A stretch of DNA of 64,000 bases from Cyanophora paradoxa CCMP329 (taxonomy: Eukaryota > Plantae > Glaucophyta): positions 434,001-498,000 of the forward strand of contig QPMI01000535.1 of the NCBI GenBank assembly GCA_004431415.1, written 5' to 3'. Numbering within the stretch: the first letter of the stretch is position 1; each line of letters begins with the position of its first letter. The translations under genes and the position numbers were made by a program. The notes under the pieces are model-generated. The model searched no databases and was not told the origin of the DNA. It was given only the letters and a program-made list of their open reading frames with translations. Positions 38,449 through 49,664 of this stretch are shown piece by piece.

Positions 38449-41400
38449 CTAACTTGGCCTGGGTTTGGCGCCGCCAGCGCCGGCGCCGCCCCGCAGCTTG
38501 GAGCCCGAGCTGGGGCCGGTCTGCGGCCGCGCCGGCGGCCGCCCCCCGCGCCCGCCGTCCTCCGCAGGCTCGCCGCCGGCCCGCGGGGCCCGCGGGCCTT
38601 CGCGGGGGCCCGCCCCGCGCCCCCTCCTCCAACTCGGCCCCCCCTCCTCTTGCGCGGCGTCCGCCGCAGGGCCGCCCCGCGCCCTCGCCGGCTGCGCCCG
38701 CGCGCCGGCCTGCGCCTCCGCGCCGTAGGCCATGGCCTGCCAGTGGGAGACGAAGGCCGCCGTCTTGCGCATGTAGAAGAAGGGGTCGTTCGGCAGGTAG
38801 TTCTGCGCGCGCCGCCGTCAGCGACTCCGATTCGATCTGCTTTGGCCCGTCTCTTTCTGTGGGAGGGGCGGGGCTGACCAGGTAGGGGAGCCCCTGCGGC
38901 GCGCGCATCTTCGGGACGCAGGGCTGCGCGGCGGCCCCGGGGCGTAAGCGCCGGGCGGAACGGGTATGCGTCCGGCGCGCTCTCTCGGGGGTACCTCGAT
39001 CTGGGTGCCCTCGTGGACCTCGTTGAACGATGTCACGGACCAGACGCGCGGCCGCACGCCCATCGCCGCCGCGAACATCGCGTCGTAGTACTGGAGGGGG
39101 GGGGGGGAACATCGCGGGGGTACGAGGCACGCGGGCGGGGGTACGCGGCACGCGCGCGCGCACCTCGCCGTTGCGGCGGTCGCGGACGTTGACGCGGTTC
39201 CAGGGGCGCACGTTCAGGTCCTCGTACCCCGGCCCCACGGAGGGGATGAAGAGGAGCCGGTTCCGCTCGGCCCAGGCGGCGATCGAGGGCCAGTTCGCCT
39301 GCGGGCAGGCGGGCAGGTAAGAAGGGAGGGCGCACGCAGACCCGCGCCGGGGGCTCCAGGCGCGCCGTCGTGGAGCCGTCTGCGGGGGCCGTGAGGCGGG
39401 GAGGCGGGCGCGGCGGCGAGCGATTATTCAAATCGAGCTCACAAGTGAATCCGTCGGTGGCGAAGTCTGCCGCGGGCGCGCCCGAACGTCGGCGGGGGGG
39501 CGGGGGTGGAGGAAGGGGCGCGGGGAGGGTACGCACACGTGTAGAACCCGTCGAACCCGCCCGAGAGGATGGCGTCCTGATCCGCCGCCTGGAGAGGGGT
39601 ACGGGAAGTAAGCCAGGTAGGGGGGGCGGAGCCTGGGCGGCTCCGAGGAGGGGCGCGCCTGGACCAGAAGGCCGATCATGATGCCGTCGATGTCGGTACC
39701 CCGGATCGAGTGGGCGCCCCTGCAGAGGGGGATGAGAAGAAGGGAGAAGGGGTACGAGGGAGGAGAGCGCACTTGGGCGAGAGAACGGACGCCCACTCGC
39801 TGGCCGGAGTGATGTAGCCTGCGGGGGGTACGCGCGGAGGGCTCGACCCACCGGCCGGGGGTACAGAGTTCTCCCAGTGGGGGCGCAAGGGGTGTACGCG
39901 CACTGTCGTACAGGAAGAACATGCCCCGGCCGTCCCCGGGGTGCCGGTAGAATGCCTTGTGGCGCCCGTACCTGGGGCCGGCTCAGGCCAGAGGGGGGGA
40001 GACGGTTGGAGGGGGTACGCGCTTCTCGTAGATGTAGGCGAGGTCCTCCTTGACAGAGGCGGCGGAGCGCCCGGGGTACGGCTGCGCGGGGGAGGGAAGT
40101 GTCGAGCCGGGGGAAGGGGGAGGGGGTGGCTGGGGTGGGTGGGGGGGGAAGGGGGGGGGGGGTACCTCGACGTGGAAGGAGACGAGGAGGCCTACCTCGG
40201 CGGCCACGTCGAGCGTCAGCTTCGTCAGCTCGTCCGTCCGGCCTGCCGCCCCGCCCCGCCCCGTCGGGGGGCGAACTAATGCGGGAGCCCGGGGCGGGGG
40301 CGGCGGGCCCGCACCGCCCTGCGTGTCCGCCTTGCCGCGACCCCACCAGGAGCTGGCGGCCCAGTGAGAAATGAAAGGAGGGACGGCGAGAAGGGAAGCC
40401 GGGGGCGGCGGCGGGGGGGCGCTCACAAGGAGATCGTCCCGACGCCGGCCTCCCGGAGCCAGCTGCGCGGCGGCCGGGCGTGAGGCGGCGACGCGTACGG
40501 GTCGGGCCGCGCGCGGCGCCTCCTCACGTGAGCTGCGCGCGCGGAGCTCAGGCGCGAGACATGCGGCCGCGGGTTCGAGTCCGGCCGGGGCGGACCTGCT
40601 GGTGGACCGTGGTGCGGTTCCGGCTGCTGTACGGGCCGAGGAGGGGGTAGAAGGACGCGCCGATGTCGTCGGGGGGTACATGGAACTTGCCGCCTGGCAC
40701 GGGGAGGGCGTGGGCGAACGGGCAGGGCGGAGGCGGCGGGGGGGCCTCGCACCGCCCGTGCCGCCGGGGCCGTCCAGAACCTCGTGGTTCCAGTGGGACT
40801 GGGGCGAGGGAAGGCGCGTCACGTCGGCTTCGCGCACGCGCGCGCAGAGGTCGCCCGGGGCCGGCAAGCGGGCGGCGCGCACCCACTTCTTGTCCGTCTC
40901 CACGTTGCCGTACCAGCCGTAGTAGAACGCGTGCTGTGCCGCCCCGGCCCCGCTTAGCGCGCCGGCGCCGTTGGGGCGGCGGGGGCGGCGGGGGCGGGGC
41001 GCACGACGTCGATGGAGGGGCGGACGCCGCGGGGGCGGGAGGGCAGCTCGGGGTTCGGCGCCTGCATCCGCGGCGGGGCCAGCGCCCGCCCGTCCCCGTC
41101 CTCCCCGTCGTCCCCGCATAGCCAGCCTCGGCGCTCGCACCCGGCCGGTCGCGCTGCTGCTGCTGCTGCTGTGGCGGCGGCGGCGGCGGGCGGTGCGCCG
41201 CCTGCTGCTGGGCCTGCGGCGGCTGGTGCGCCGCCTGCTTGCCGCGCGGAGGCGTCACGGCATCCTGGCGCGTCGCATCGCGGCGCGCGCGCTCTCCAGG
41301 TCCCGTTCCCGCGCTTGCCGCTGGGGCCACATCGCCTTCGGCGGCCGGGTGCTGTTCCCGCGCTGGTCGCTGCGGGGGTCCCGGCTGCTGCTTCTCCTGA

Positions 41401-41757
41401 CCGCGCAGCGCCGGGCCTCGCTCGTCCCGCGAACCTCCCGGAGGCTGCCGACGCTCGACAAGACGCTGCGGACCTGTAGCCGCTGCAATGAGTTCAAGCG
41501 GCGAATTTGATCGCCGAGCACTCACCTCCGGCGCGCGCGGGCGGGCTCCCCGGCTTCCTGAAGAGCTCCTCGCCGTGCAGAAGCTGCGCTCCGGCCGCCT
41601 CGTCGCCGTCGCCGTCGGCGAAGGACTTGTCGCGGGCCTGCGTCCTCGCCCGGCGCTGGCCAGCGAAGAGCACCAGCACCAGCACGGCCGCCGCGAAGAG
41701 CGCAACGCGCTTCAAGTCCGGGCGCGGCCCTGCTATGCGTGGCTGGGCGGGCGGCAT
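38449..41757 (-). CDS. MANEA: Glycoprotein endo-alpha-1,2-mannosidase (GH99), type II membrane protein
   Basis: N-terminal signal anchor. Motifs HAFYYGWYGN, HWNH, PPDDIGASFYPLLGPYSS, FHVEPYPGR, GFDGFYTYFATDGFTYGS, FIPSVGPGY...RPWN and TSFNEVHEGTQIE. Exact stop uncertain because of a C-run indel. Confidence 0.93.
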
Positions 41758-42048
41758 GGTTTTATGCGTGCATGTACCCCCTCGCGTCAACCAACTTGAA
41801 CCAAGTTCGGACCAGCTGCGCATGCAGCTGCAGGCCAACAACCGTCGACGGCGCCCGGCTCGCTACGAACTTCTCTACTTGAGCTCGTCGCGATCACGCT
41901 ATCGAGCCGATCAATTCGATGATCACATGGACTGAATTCAGATTCGAGCTCGAGGCTCGAAGACAAGAGAGGGTTAAGCAAAGCTTGAAGCGCCGAAGCC
42001 CGGCCTCCCTAAGGACTAACCAGGATCTAGAGGAGGGAGAGGCGCGCT

Positions 42049-45000
42049 TCACGGTGCGCTCTCGGGTTCGGGTGTCTTGTCCCGCCCCCGGGGCGCCTCG
42101 CTGGGCCCGGGGCCGCCGGCGGGGGAGGCGGGGCGCCGGGGCGGCGAGGGCCGCTCGTCCCGATACGACGGCGACCGCGAGCGGGACCGGCGGCGAGGCG
42201 ACCGGGATCGGGAGCGGGAGCGGCGCCGGGGCCGCGGCGGGCTCCCGCCCGCCGATCGCGATCGGGCCCCCTGCTGCCGGGGCCGGGCGGCCCGCCGTCC
42301 CTGCCGCCGCCCGGCTGCACCGGGCCGCGCCCGCGGGGCTGCCCGACCCGCCGTGGCCCCCGGGACCTCCGGGCCGCCGGGCCCCGGGCCGGGGCCCGAA
42401 GCCGTCGGGGCCCGGCCGAAGCCGCCCGGGCCGGGCCCGAAGCCGCCGGGCCCGGGCCCAAAGCCGCCAGGCCCGGGCCCGAAGCCGCCTTGGCCCGGGC
42501 CAAAGCCTCCCGGACCAGGACCGAAGCCCCGGGTCCAGGGCCGAAGCCGCCGGGGCCTCTAGGCCCGCCCGGCCGGGCCCGTACCCCCGGGCGGGGGACC
42601 GTAGCCCGGGGGCCGCTGGAGGCCCGAACCCACCGGGGGCCCGCCGGGCGGCCGTACCCCCGGGCGGACCGAACCCGCCGGGGCCGCCGGGGGGGCGCCG
42701 GGGCCGAACCCGGGCGGGCCGAAGCCGCCCTGGCCGCGCCCCGGGGCCCGCCCCCCGGAGCGCCGTGCGGGGGCCGTAGGGGGTCCGGGGGGCCCCACCC
42801 GCCCTGGGGCCCCGGGGGACCGCCCGGGGTCCGCCCTGGCCCTGGGGGCCTCCCTGGGGGCCGCCCTGGGGCCCCGCCGGCGGCCCCGCCGGGGGCCCGC
42901 CGGGCCGCTGCTGCTGCTGCTGCTCAGAGCCGTCCTCCTCCCACCGCCGCCGCCGCTTCGGGTCGGGCCCCTCGCCCTCGTACCCCCCGCGTCCCTCCCC
43001 GCCCTGCGCCTGCTGCGGCGGCTGCTGCTGCTGCCCGGGGCCCTCCGGCGGCCCGCCCGGCCCGCCCGGCCCCGCCATCCAGGGCGGAGGCGACCCGCCG
43101 CGCCCCGCCCCGCCCGCCGGCGGGCCGGCCCGGCGCCTCCGGGCCTGGGGCCCCGGGGACCAGCGGGGCGCCCCGCCCCGGCGGGCCGGGCGGCGGGCCC
43201 CAGCCCGGGGCGGCCCCCGCGGCCGCCGGGGGGCGGGCCCGGGGCGGCCCCGAAGCCCGGCCCCCCCATGCCCTGTGGAGGCCCGCCAGGGCCCCCGGGG
43301 CCGCGCATGGCGCGCGGGCCGGGGGGCTGCGGCCCGACGAGCTGGCGCGACACACAAGTCGGCCCGGGAGCCAAGCAGGGGGAGCGGGGGGAAAGGGCCG
43401 CGCACCGCCTCGGGCGTCAGGCCGAAGCGGGCGACGTACTCGCGTGAGGCCTCCGCGGCGTCCTCGGGCGGCGGGAAGCGCGCCCCGTCCGTCTGCGCCG
43501 AGGCGGGTGAGGGGAGAGGGCGGAGGGGGATGGGGGGTGGGAGGGGTACCGCCTGGGGCGAGAAGAAGGGCTCCTTGGAGGACCACTTCACCTGTGGGGG
43601 GTACAAGTTCAGGCGGAGTCGGGCTCGGCTGCGGAAGGCGGGGCGGGACTCGCCTGGAGGCGGGCCCTCTTGAGCTCCATCGGGTTCTGCTGGAGGACGT
43701 GCGCCGCCCGCATCGCGCAGATCTGCCGTCGGGGTACCACGAATAAGGGAGGTGGCACGACGGAAAGGGGGGGTATGGGCCACGGCGCACGGGATCCTGG
43801 AACCGCACGAAGCCGAACCCCTTCCCGGGCATGACCTGCGCGGCCGTCAGGAGAGGCGCGGCGGGGAGAAGTCGTCGGGGGGTACGGCGAGCCTGCACGG
43901 CGTCGAGGGCGCCGAAGCGGGCGAACACGGTACCCAGGTCCTGGTCGCCGATCTCGGGGGAGAGGTTGCCGATCCAGAGGGCCGCGTGGCTGCGCCGAAA
44001 AGAGTCAGGCGGGGGTACGGGCGCGGGCGCGGGTCGCGTGGCGGAGGGCCGGGCCGCGCCTGATGCCGCCCTGCTGCTGCTGGGGGCCGCCCCGGCCGCG
44101 CCCCGCCGGCCCGCCCGGCCCGCCGGGCCCGCCGGGCCCGCCGCGGCCCATGCCGGGCCCGCCGGGCCGCCCCCGCGCCCGCCGGGGCCCGGGCCGCCCC
44201 AGTCCGAGCCGTCTGGGCCGCCCCAGGGCCCGCCGGGCGCCCCTGCGGGCCAGGGCCTGCGCTCGCGCCCCGTGAGCGGCGGTCGGTCAAAGGAGAGGGA
44301 CGGAGAGGGGAGGGTCGGCGCGCCTCGCTCGTCGCGGCGCTGGTCCTCGCCCGGGGGCGCCGAGAGGCCCGGGATCCCCCCCGACATCTGCCCGCCCGCC
44401 GCCGGGCTCTCGTCAGGCGCGGCGGAGTGGAGGGGCGGGGCGGAAAGGGGCGGGGCGGCACCCTCGAGTCGCCCGAGGGGCCCTCCCCGAAGCGGCCGCC
44501 GCGGGGCGGGCCGCCCTCGCCGAAGCCGCCGCGGGGCCGGGTCCCTCCTGCGGCCCGCCCCTCGGCCCGGGCCCTCCGAGAAGCCCCCGCGGGGCGGGCC
44601 GTCGGAGAAGCCGCCGCGGAGCGGTCCGTCGCTGAAGCCGCCCCGCAGGGGCCCCGCATCGCCGAAGCCGCCCCGCCACCGCCGCCGCGGGAGGCCCCTC
44701 CGAGAAGCCGCCGCCGCCGCCGCCGCCGCCGCCGCGGGGCCCGGCCCCTCCCGGAAGCCCCCGCGGGGCCCCGGGCCCTCCTGGAACCCGCCCGAGCCGC
44801 CCGGACCGCCCGGCCCATCGAAGCCGCCATCGAAGCCGCGGGGCCGCTGGCCGCTTCCGCCGTCCCCGCCGGGACCGTAGCCGCCGCCTGCCGGGCCGCC
44901 TCAGGACGCTGCGCGGAAGGGAGAGGGGCGGGGCGGGAGGCGCGCGCACGGTGGTCGAAGGGGGGAGGGCCGGCGCCCTGCGGCCCCGGGCCGGGGCCCC

Positions 45001-45965
45001 ACGGGGGCGGCGAGCCGTGCATGCCTGCAGCCGCGCGTGAGGGCGCGCCGCGCGGGGAGGGAAAGGGTACTCTCACCGGGAGGCGGCCCGCCAGGCCCCC
45101 CGGGGTACTGGCCGTAGGGCGGCGGCCTGCCGGGGCCCCCGTTGGGCGCGCCCTCCTGCGGCCCCGCGTCGGAGGCCGGGGCCGGGGGCCTTCCTGCCCC
45201 CGCCTCGCCCCTCTCTCCCCCCGCGTGCTTCCCGCGGCGTCAGAGATCGCAGGGGGGGTACCGGAAAGGAAGGCGATGGGGGTACCTCGGCGTTGGCGCG
45301 GGCCTCCTCCTCGAGCCGCCGCTGCCGCTGCCGCTCGATGCGCTTCTCGTCGTCCTCCTGTACCCGGGCGCGTCGGGGGAGGCGAGGGGAATGGGGGTAC
45401 GCGTCCGAGGGAAAGGAAAGCGGACCTCCTCGTCACCGTAGTCGAAGGTGAAGTTGGCTCCCGGGGGGGGGAGGAGGGGCAGGGGGTCCAGGTGCGCCTC
45501 GGGGCCCGAGGGGCCGAGGCCGAGCGGGTGCGAGGCCGGCTGCGAGGCCGCCTGCTGGGCGCGCCTCCGCGGGTCCACGGGGGCCGAGGGCGCCGCCGGC
45601 GCCGCCTGGAACGGGGCGGGCGGCGGGGCCTGCGGGGCGAGCTGCGCGGGGAGCTGGAACTGCTGCTGCAGCTGCTGGAACTGCATCTGCTGCTGCATCT
45701 GCTGTTGCTGTTGCTGCTGCTGTTGGAGCGCCAGCGCTGCGGGCCCTGGCATCAGCAGAGGCGCGGGAAGGGAAGGGGCGGGGCGCGGGGAGCCGGCGGG
45801 CGGGAGGGAGCGGACCCTGGCCGAGGAGGTCGGCGGGGGAGGGCCCCCCTCTGGCGCTCGGGGGTACGCCCATCACCTTGGCCAGCATGTCCATGACCGT
45901 GACGGGCTGTTGCTGCTGCGGCACGGCGGCGCCCTGCAGGGACGAGAGGAGCGACGCCAGCGGGT

Positions 45966-46002
<37 letters not shown>

Positions 46003-46784
46003 TGCGGGTGCAGCCGCGGGCGGGACTGCCGCCGCTGCTGGCGCGGGGGCGAGCGGGGCGGCCTGGAAGGGCGGAGTGGCCGGCGGGGGCGGGGTCGCGG
46101 AGGGAGCCTCGGGGGTCGGCGACGGCTCGGCGGACCGCTCCTTCGAGCGGTGCTGCCGCGGGGGCGGGTCGGGCAGCTCGGCGGCCTGGTCGATGATGGG
46201 CGCCAGAACCAGCACGTCGAACATGTCGTTCTTGTTCCACAGGTCGATCACGCGCTTCACCTGCGGCTGCGCCCCCGCCCACGCATCGGAGGCGGCGGCC
46301 GACGCGGCGACGCGGGGCGGGCGGCGACGGGCGGGACGCGACGGGTGCCCACCACATCGCCGGGCGAGCATTTGAAGATGCACTCGAAGGTCTGCTTGAG
46401 GTTCCGCGCGAACCGCTCCCTGTAGGGCTCCTTGTCGCCGAACTTGGACTTGGCCGTCCGAACGATCGAGTCGATCACGTAGAGCGCCGCGAGCTTGTAC
46501 TCCGGTCGCGACTTGCGGCAGAAGCGCTCGACGAGGTGCACGACGCCCTTGTAGTTCTGGCGGCGCGAACGAGGCGGTCGGCGCGGTGGGCACGGCGCGC
46601 GATGACAGGGAGCTGCGATCACCTTCACGAAACGAAGCGCGAGCTTCGAAATGCCGCTGATCTTCGACGCCGCGACGGGGAGCTTTTCCTTGTGAAGGGC
46701 GTTGAGCTCGTCCTCGAACTCCTCCTCGCCATCCCAGCGGGGGGCTCCCGGCGCAGGTGCCGGTCCTGTGCCCGGCGCAGACAT
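42049..46784 (-). CDS. SCAF4/SCAF8 (Nrd1/Seb1)-like CTD-interacting domain + RRM protein with Gly/Pro repeats and RS tail
   Basis: CID: SKISGISKLAL...YKGVVHLVERFCRKSRPEYKLAALYVIDSIVR...VKRVIDLW. RRM: LWIGNLS...GFGFVRF. GGFGPGP repeats and RSRSRSP near the C-terminus. Confidence 0.88.
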
Positions 46785-47028
46785 TTGCGCCGATTGCCGG
46801 GGCGCCGCGGCGACTTGGACAAGTTGGACGCCTCTCGAGGCTGAGCTGCTCCCGATGCGCTGAGCGACTTCTGCTACTCCCGATGCCGGTGGAGCACCGC
46901 GGGAGCGTCGCAGGCTCGCAGGCGACGGACGAGCGACCCCGAGAACGAGGGTTCGAAGCCGGCGAGGTCCTATCTTGGAGTGCTTGAAAAAACACAAGCT
47001 CGCACATCTCCCGACGTCCCTGCTCGCT

Positions 47029-48445
47029 ATGGCGACGCTCTTCGTGGTCCCGGTCCTGGCGGAGCTCGCAAAAACGTCGCAGCTTGCCTCGCGGTCTGTG
47101 CCTCGTTCCGTCCCTTCGACCCGCCCGCCCGGCGCGCTGATCGACCCGACGTACCTGGCCGCAGGCGGTCTAACTTCTCGACCTGCGCGATGGATGGGCC
47201 GATCGCTGCCCGGGCGGTCGCGGGCGGCAGCTGGCGTACGAGCCGGGCCCGCCCCGGCTGCAGCTTCCTGGCGGGTGCCCGGCGTTTCCGCGGCATCGCT
47301 GCGCCTCCACACAACTTTTCAGTGAGGAGGACGTCCGTACGGGCGGAGGCGGAGGGGCAGCAGGCCGCGGCCGCGGTCCGCTCTGCACACTCCGGAATCC
47401 GCGCGCGCGGGCGCCGCCGACGCGTACGCGTTCGTCCGCGCAGCCGGCAGACTCGGGCGCGGACGTCATCGTCGACTTGGAGGAGCAGGTCCGTCCCGGC
47501 GGGCTCGCGCCGCCGCCTCGCCGCGCGCTCGAACCGCCCGCTCACGTGCACGCGTACGTCCGCGCGCGTCCTCCGCCAGATCGCTGCGGCCGTCCAAGAG
47601 GAGGACTACAAGCTCGCCGCGCAGGTGCGCCGGGTCCCCTCCGCCACCCGGCGATCTGACCCGACCCCGCGCCGCGCCGGCAGCTCCAGAAACAACTCGA
47701 GTGCTTCGCCCCCTGCCTCTCGCGGGACCCGTCCGCCGGCCGCGTCTCGCCGGCCGACGCGGCCCCGCAGGCAGGCCTCGCTCGACGCGAACGCGCTCGT
47801 CGTCAACGCCAACGGCCGCTTCTACAGGCGCGCCGGCTCGACTCCCCGCGAGCGCCCTTCCTCTCCTAGGCCTCCCTCCGAGGCCGCGCCGCAGGGCGTT
47901 CGCCTCTCTGGACGTGGACGAGATGGCGGGGGTCTGGCTGGACAAAGACTTCGTCAAGTGCTGCCACCCGGGCTCCGAGGCGCTCCGGATCCGAGACCCC
48001 GCCCCCTGCCCCCCGCATCGCTCCTGAGACCGCGTACGTATACCCCCCCGCAGCTGATCGAGGGGTACGAGGCGATCGTGGAGAGCTGGCGGGCGATCTT
48101 CCGGAACGCGCGCGAGATGACCGTCGAGCCCTCCGACGTCCGCGTCCGCGTCGGCGGCAAGATGGTACCCCCCTCCCTCCTATACGACCCTCCGGCGCCG
48201 ACGATCAGCGTACCCCCCTTCCCGCAGGCGTGGCTGACGTGCACGGAGACGCTCTCGACGAAGACGGCGACGGGCGTCATGGCCAGCGGCTCGTGCGTCC
48301 CCGCGCACGTACCCCTCGCGATCGGATTCGTCCGGTATGCGTACCCCGGCGACGCCCCCGGCCGGCGCCGCGCAGGGTGACGGCGCTGAACGTGTTCGAG
48401 AAGAGCGGCGACCGGTGGTACATGGTGGCACACTTCGCCGGCTAG
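47029..48445 (+). CDS. Plastid-targeted UVR-domain + SnoaL/NTF2-like protein
   Basis: Transit-peptide-like MATLFVVP...SFLAG...SVRA. UVR: LEEQ|IAAAVQEEDYKLAAQ|L. SnoaL: NANGRFYR|AF..LDVDEMAGVW...CCHPG...GYEAIVESW...NVFEK..RWYMVAH. Confidence 0.88.
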
Positions 48446-49664
48446 TGCTGGGCCCGCCCCGGGCCCGCACCGCCCGCGAGCGCCGGCGCTCGGCATTGTG
48501 CAAGCGCAATCGAATTCTTTCATGATCACGTGAAACTTGGGCCGCGGGATATCATAGAATGGCCATGCGTACGCATGTGGCAAGCTTAAGCTTAAAACTT
48601 AAAGCTGACTCGGCATAGCGGGGCGCCCCCCCTGACAGGACCGACGGTCAGGAGCAGCCATGCATATGATCCGATGATCATGATGCGCATGCCATGATGG
48701 ACAGCCGGCGCCTGCACTGCGGCAGCTGGCACTGCAGCTGCAGCAGGCCGCACTAGTACTGGCCCCGGGCCCCGGGCCCGCGGCATCGATATCAATCCGC
48801 GAACTTTGCCGATCGCGAGTCGGAATGCACTGTGCCACGGTGCATATGCCATGATGCCGCAACTATGAGAGCAATTGCAAGCTTTAGTTTAGCAATGTCG
48901 ACGTCATGATCAATTGCAAGCCTTGAAGCTCAAATAGTAGTCACACTGAGTGGCCACTGGGCCACGGCATGATCATGAATCAGTGAAATCGAAGCGAATA
49001 TATTTGATTTACACGAGCCTCGGAGCTTCACTAAGTCCAAGGCTTTGCAGACTGTGGAACACTCAACACCTTGTGATCTCACTGTGGCACGGTCAGGCAG
49101 CACATCGAGAGCGACCTCGGACGCTGACAATAAATACGGGTCCAATAGAACAGCCGCCGCGGGCTCGCGGTGTGCGCCAGACACTGCCAGGCTGGCTGCG
49201 GCGAAATGAAAGCGCCGATTCGAAATCCAAATGCATGTCGGCTCCCTATAGCTATGGGAGAGGGAAGCTAATTATACAAATTTCGCTAGCAACCTGGTCT
49301 ACGTGAGCAACTCAAGGAACGCTAGCTGGTTATAGCCTGGGATACGTAAACATCTACTATGCACTAACTCTTCAAAAGCAGATGCGATAGAGACACCGCA
49401 GAAGGGATCAACTCAGCGCTAGCCGCCAATTGCGCTACTGATAACTCAGGAAGACGGATATATATATCTGACAACTCAGAGAGACCGGGGAACGTACACT
49501 GAGGCGGAAGCTTCAGGAAAATCGATGCAATTGCAACTGCTACTGCGGCCCGGTGCCGCGCTGCTCAAAACTACAGCCACGAGGGACGCGGGAAAAGGGT
49601 TTGCGAAATCCTGCAAGGTAAATCTAGCATCTTAAATGGAAATCCAAGCGTTTGTATAGTACTG

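Larger units (their letters stand above)
34615..39033. repeat. Near-perfect 2.21-kb tandem duplication (34615-36824 / 36825-39033)
   Basis: Identical ORFs offset by 2210 bp (2209 after a 1-bp indel in a C run). The junction carries CACG microhomology. Confidence 0.95.

Noticed and set aside
42360-42730. CRISPR-like spaced repeats (CCGAAGCCGCC)
   Set aside because: These encode GGFGPGP peptide repeats of the SCAF-like gene; there are no unique spacers or cas genes.
41894-45896. Long overlapping ORFs on both strands, suggesting overlapping genes or programmed frameshifting
   Set aside because: Expected from stop-codon scarcity at very high GC; frame changes fall in G/C runs and Gly-Pro repeats prone to sequencing indels.
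49300-49480. Recurrent AACTCAG words
   Set aside because: Only three exact copies with irregular spacing; not enough to call a repeat or regulatory array.
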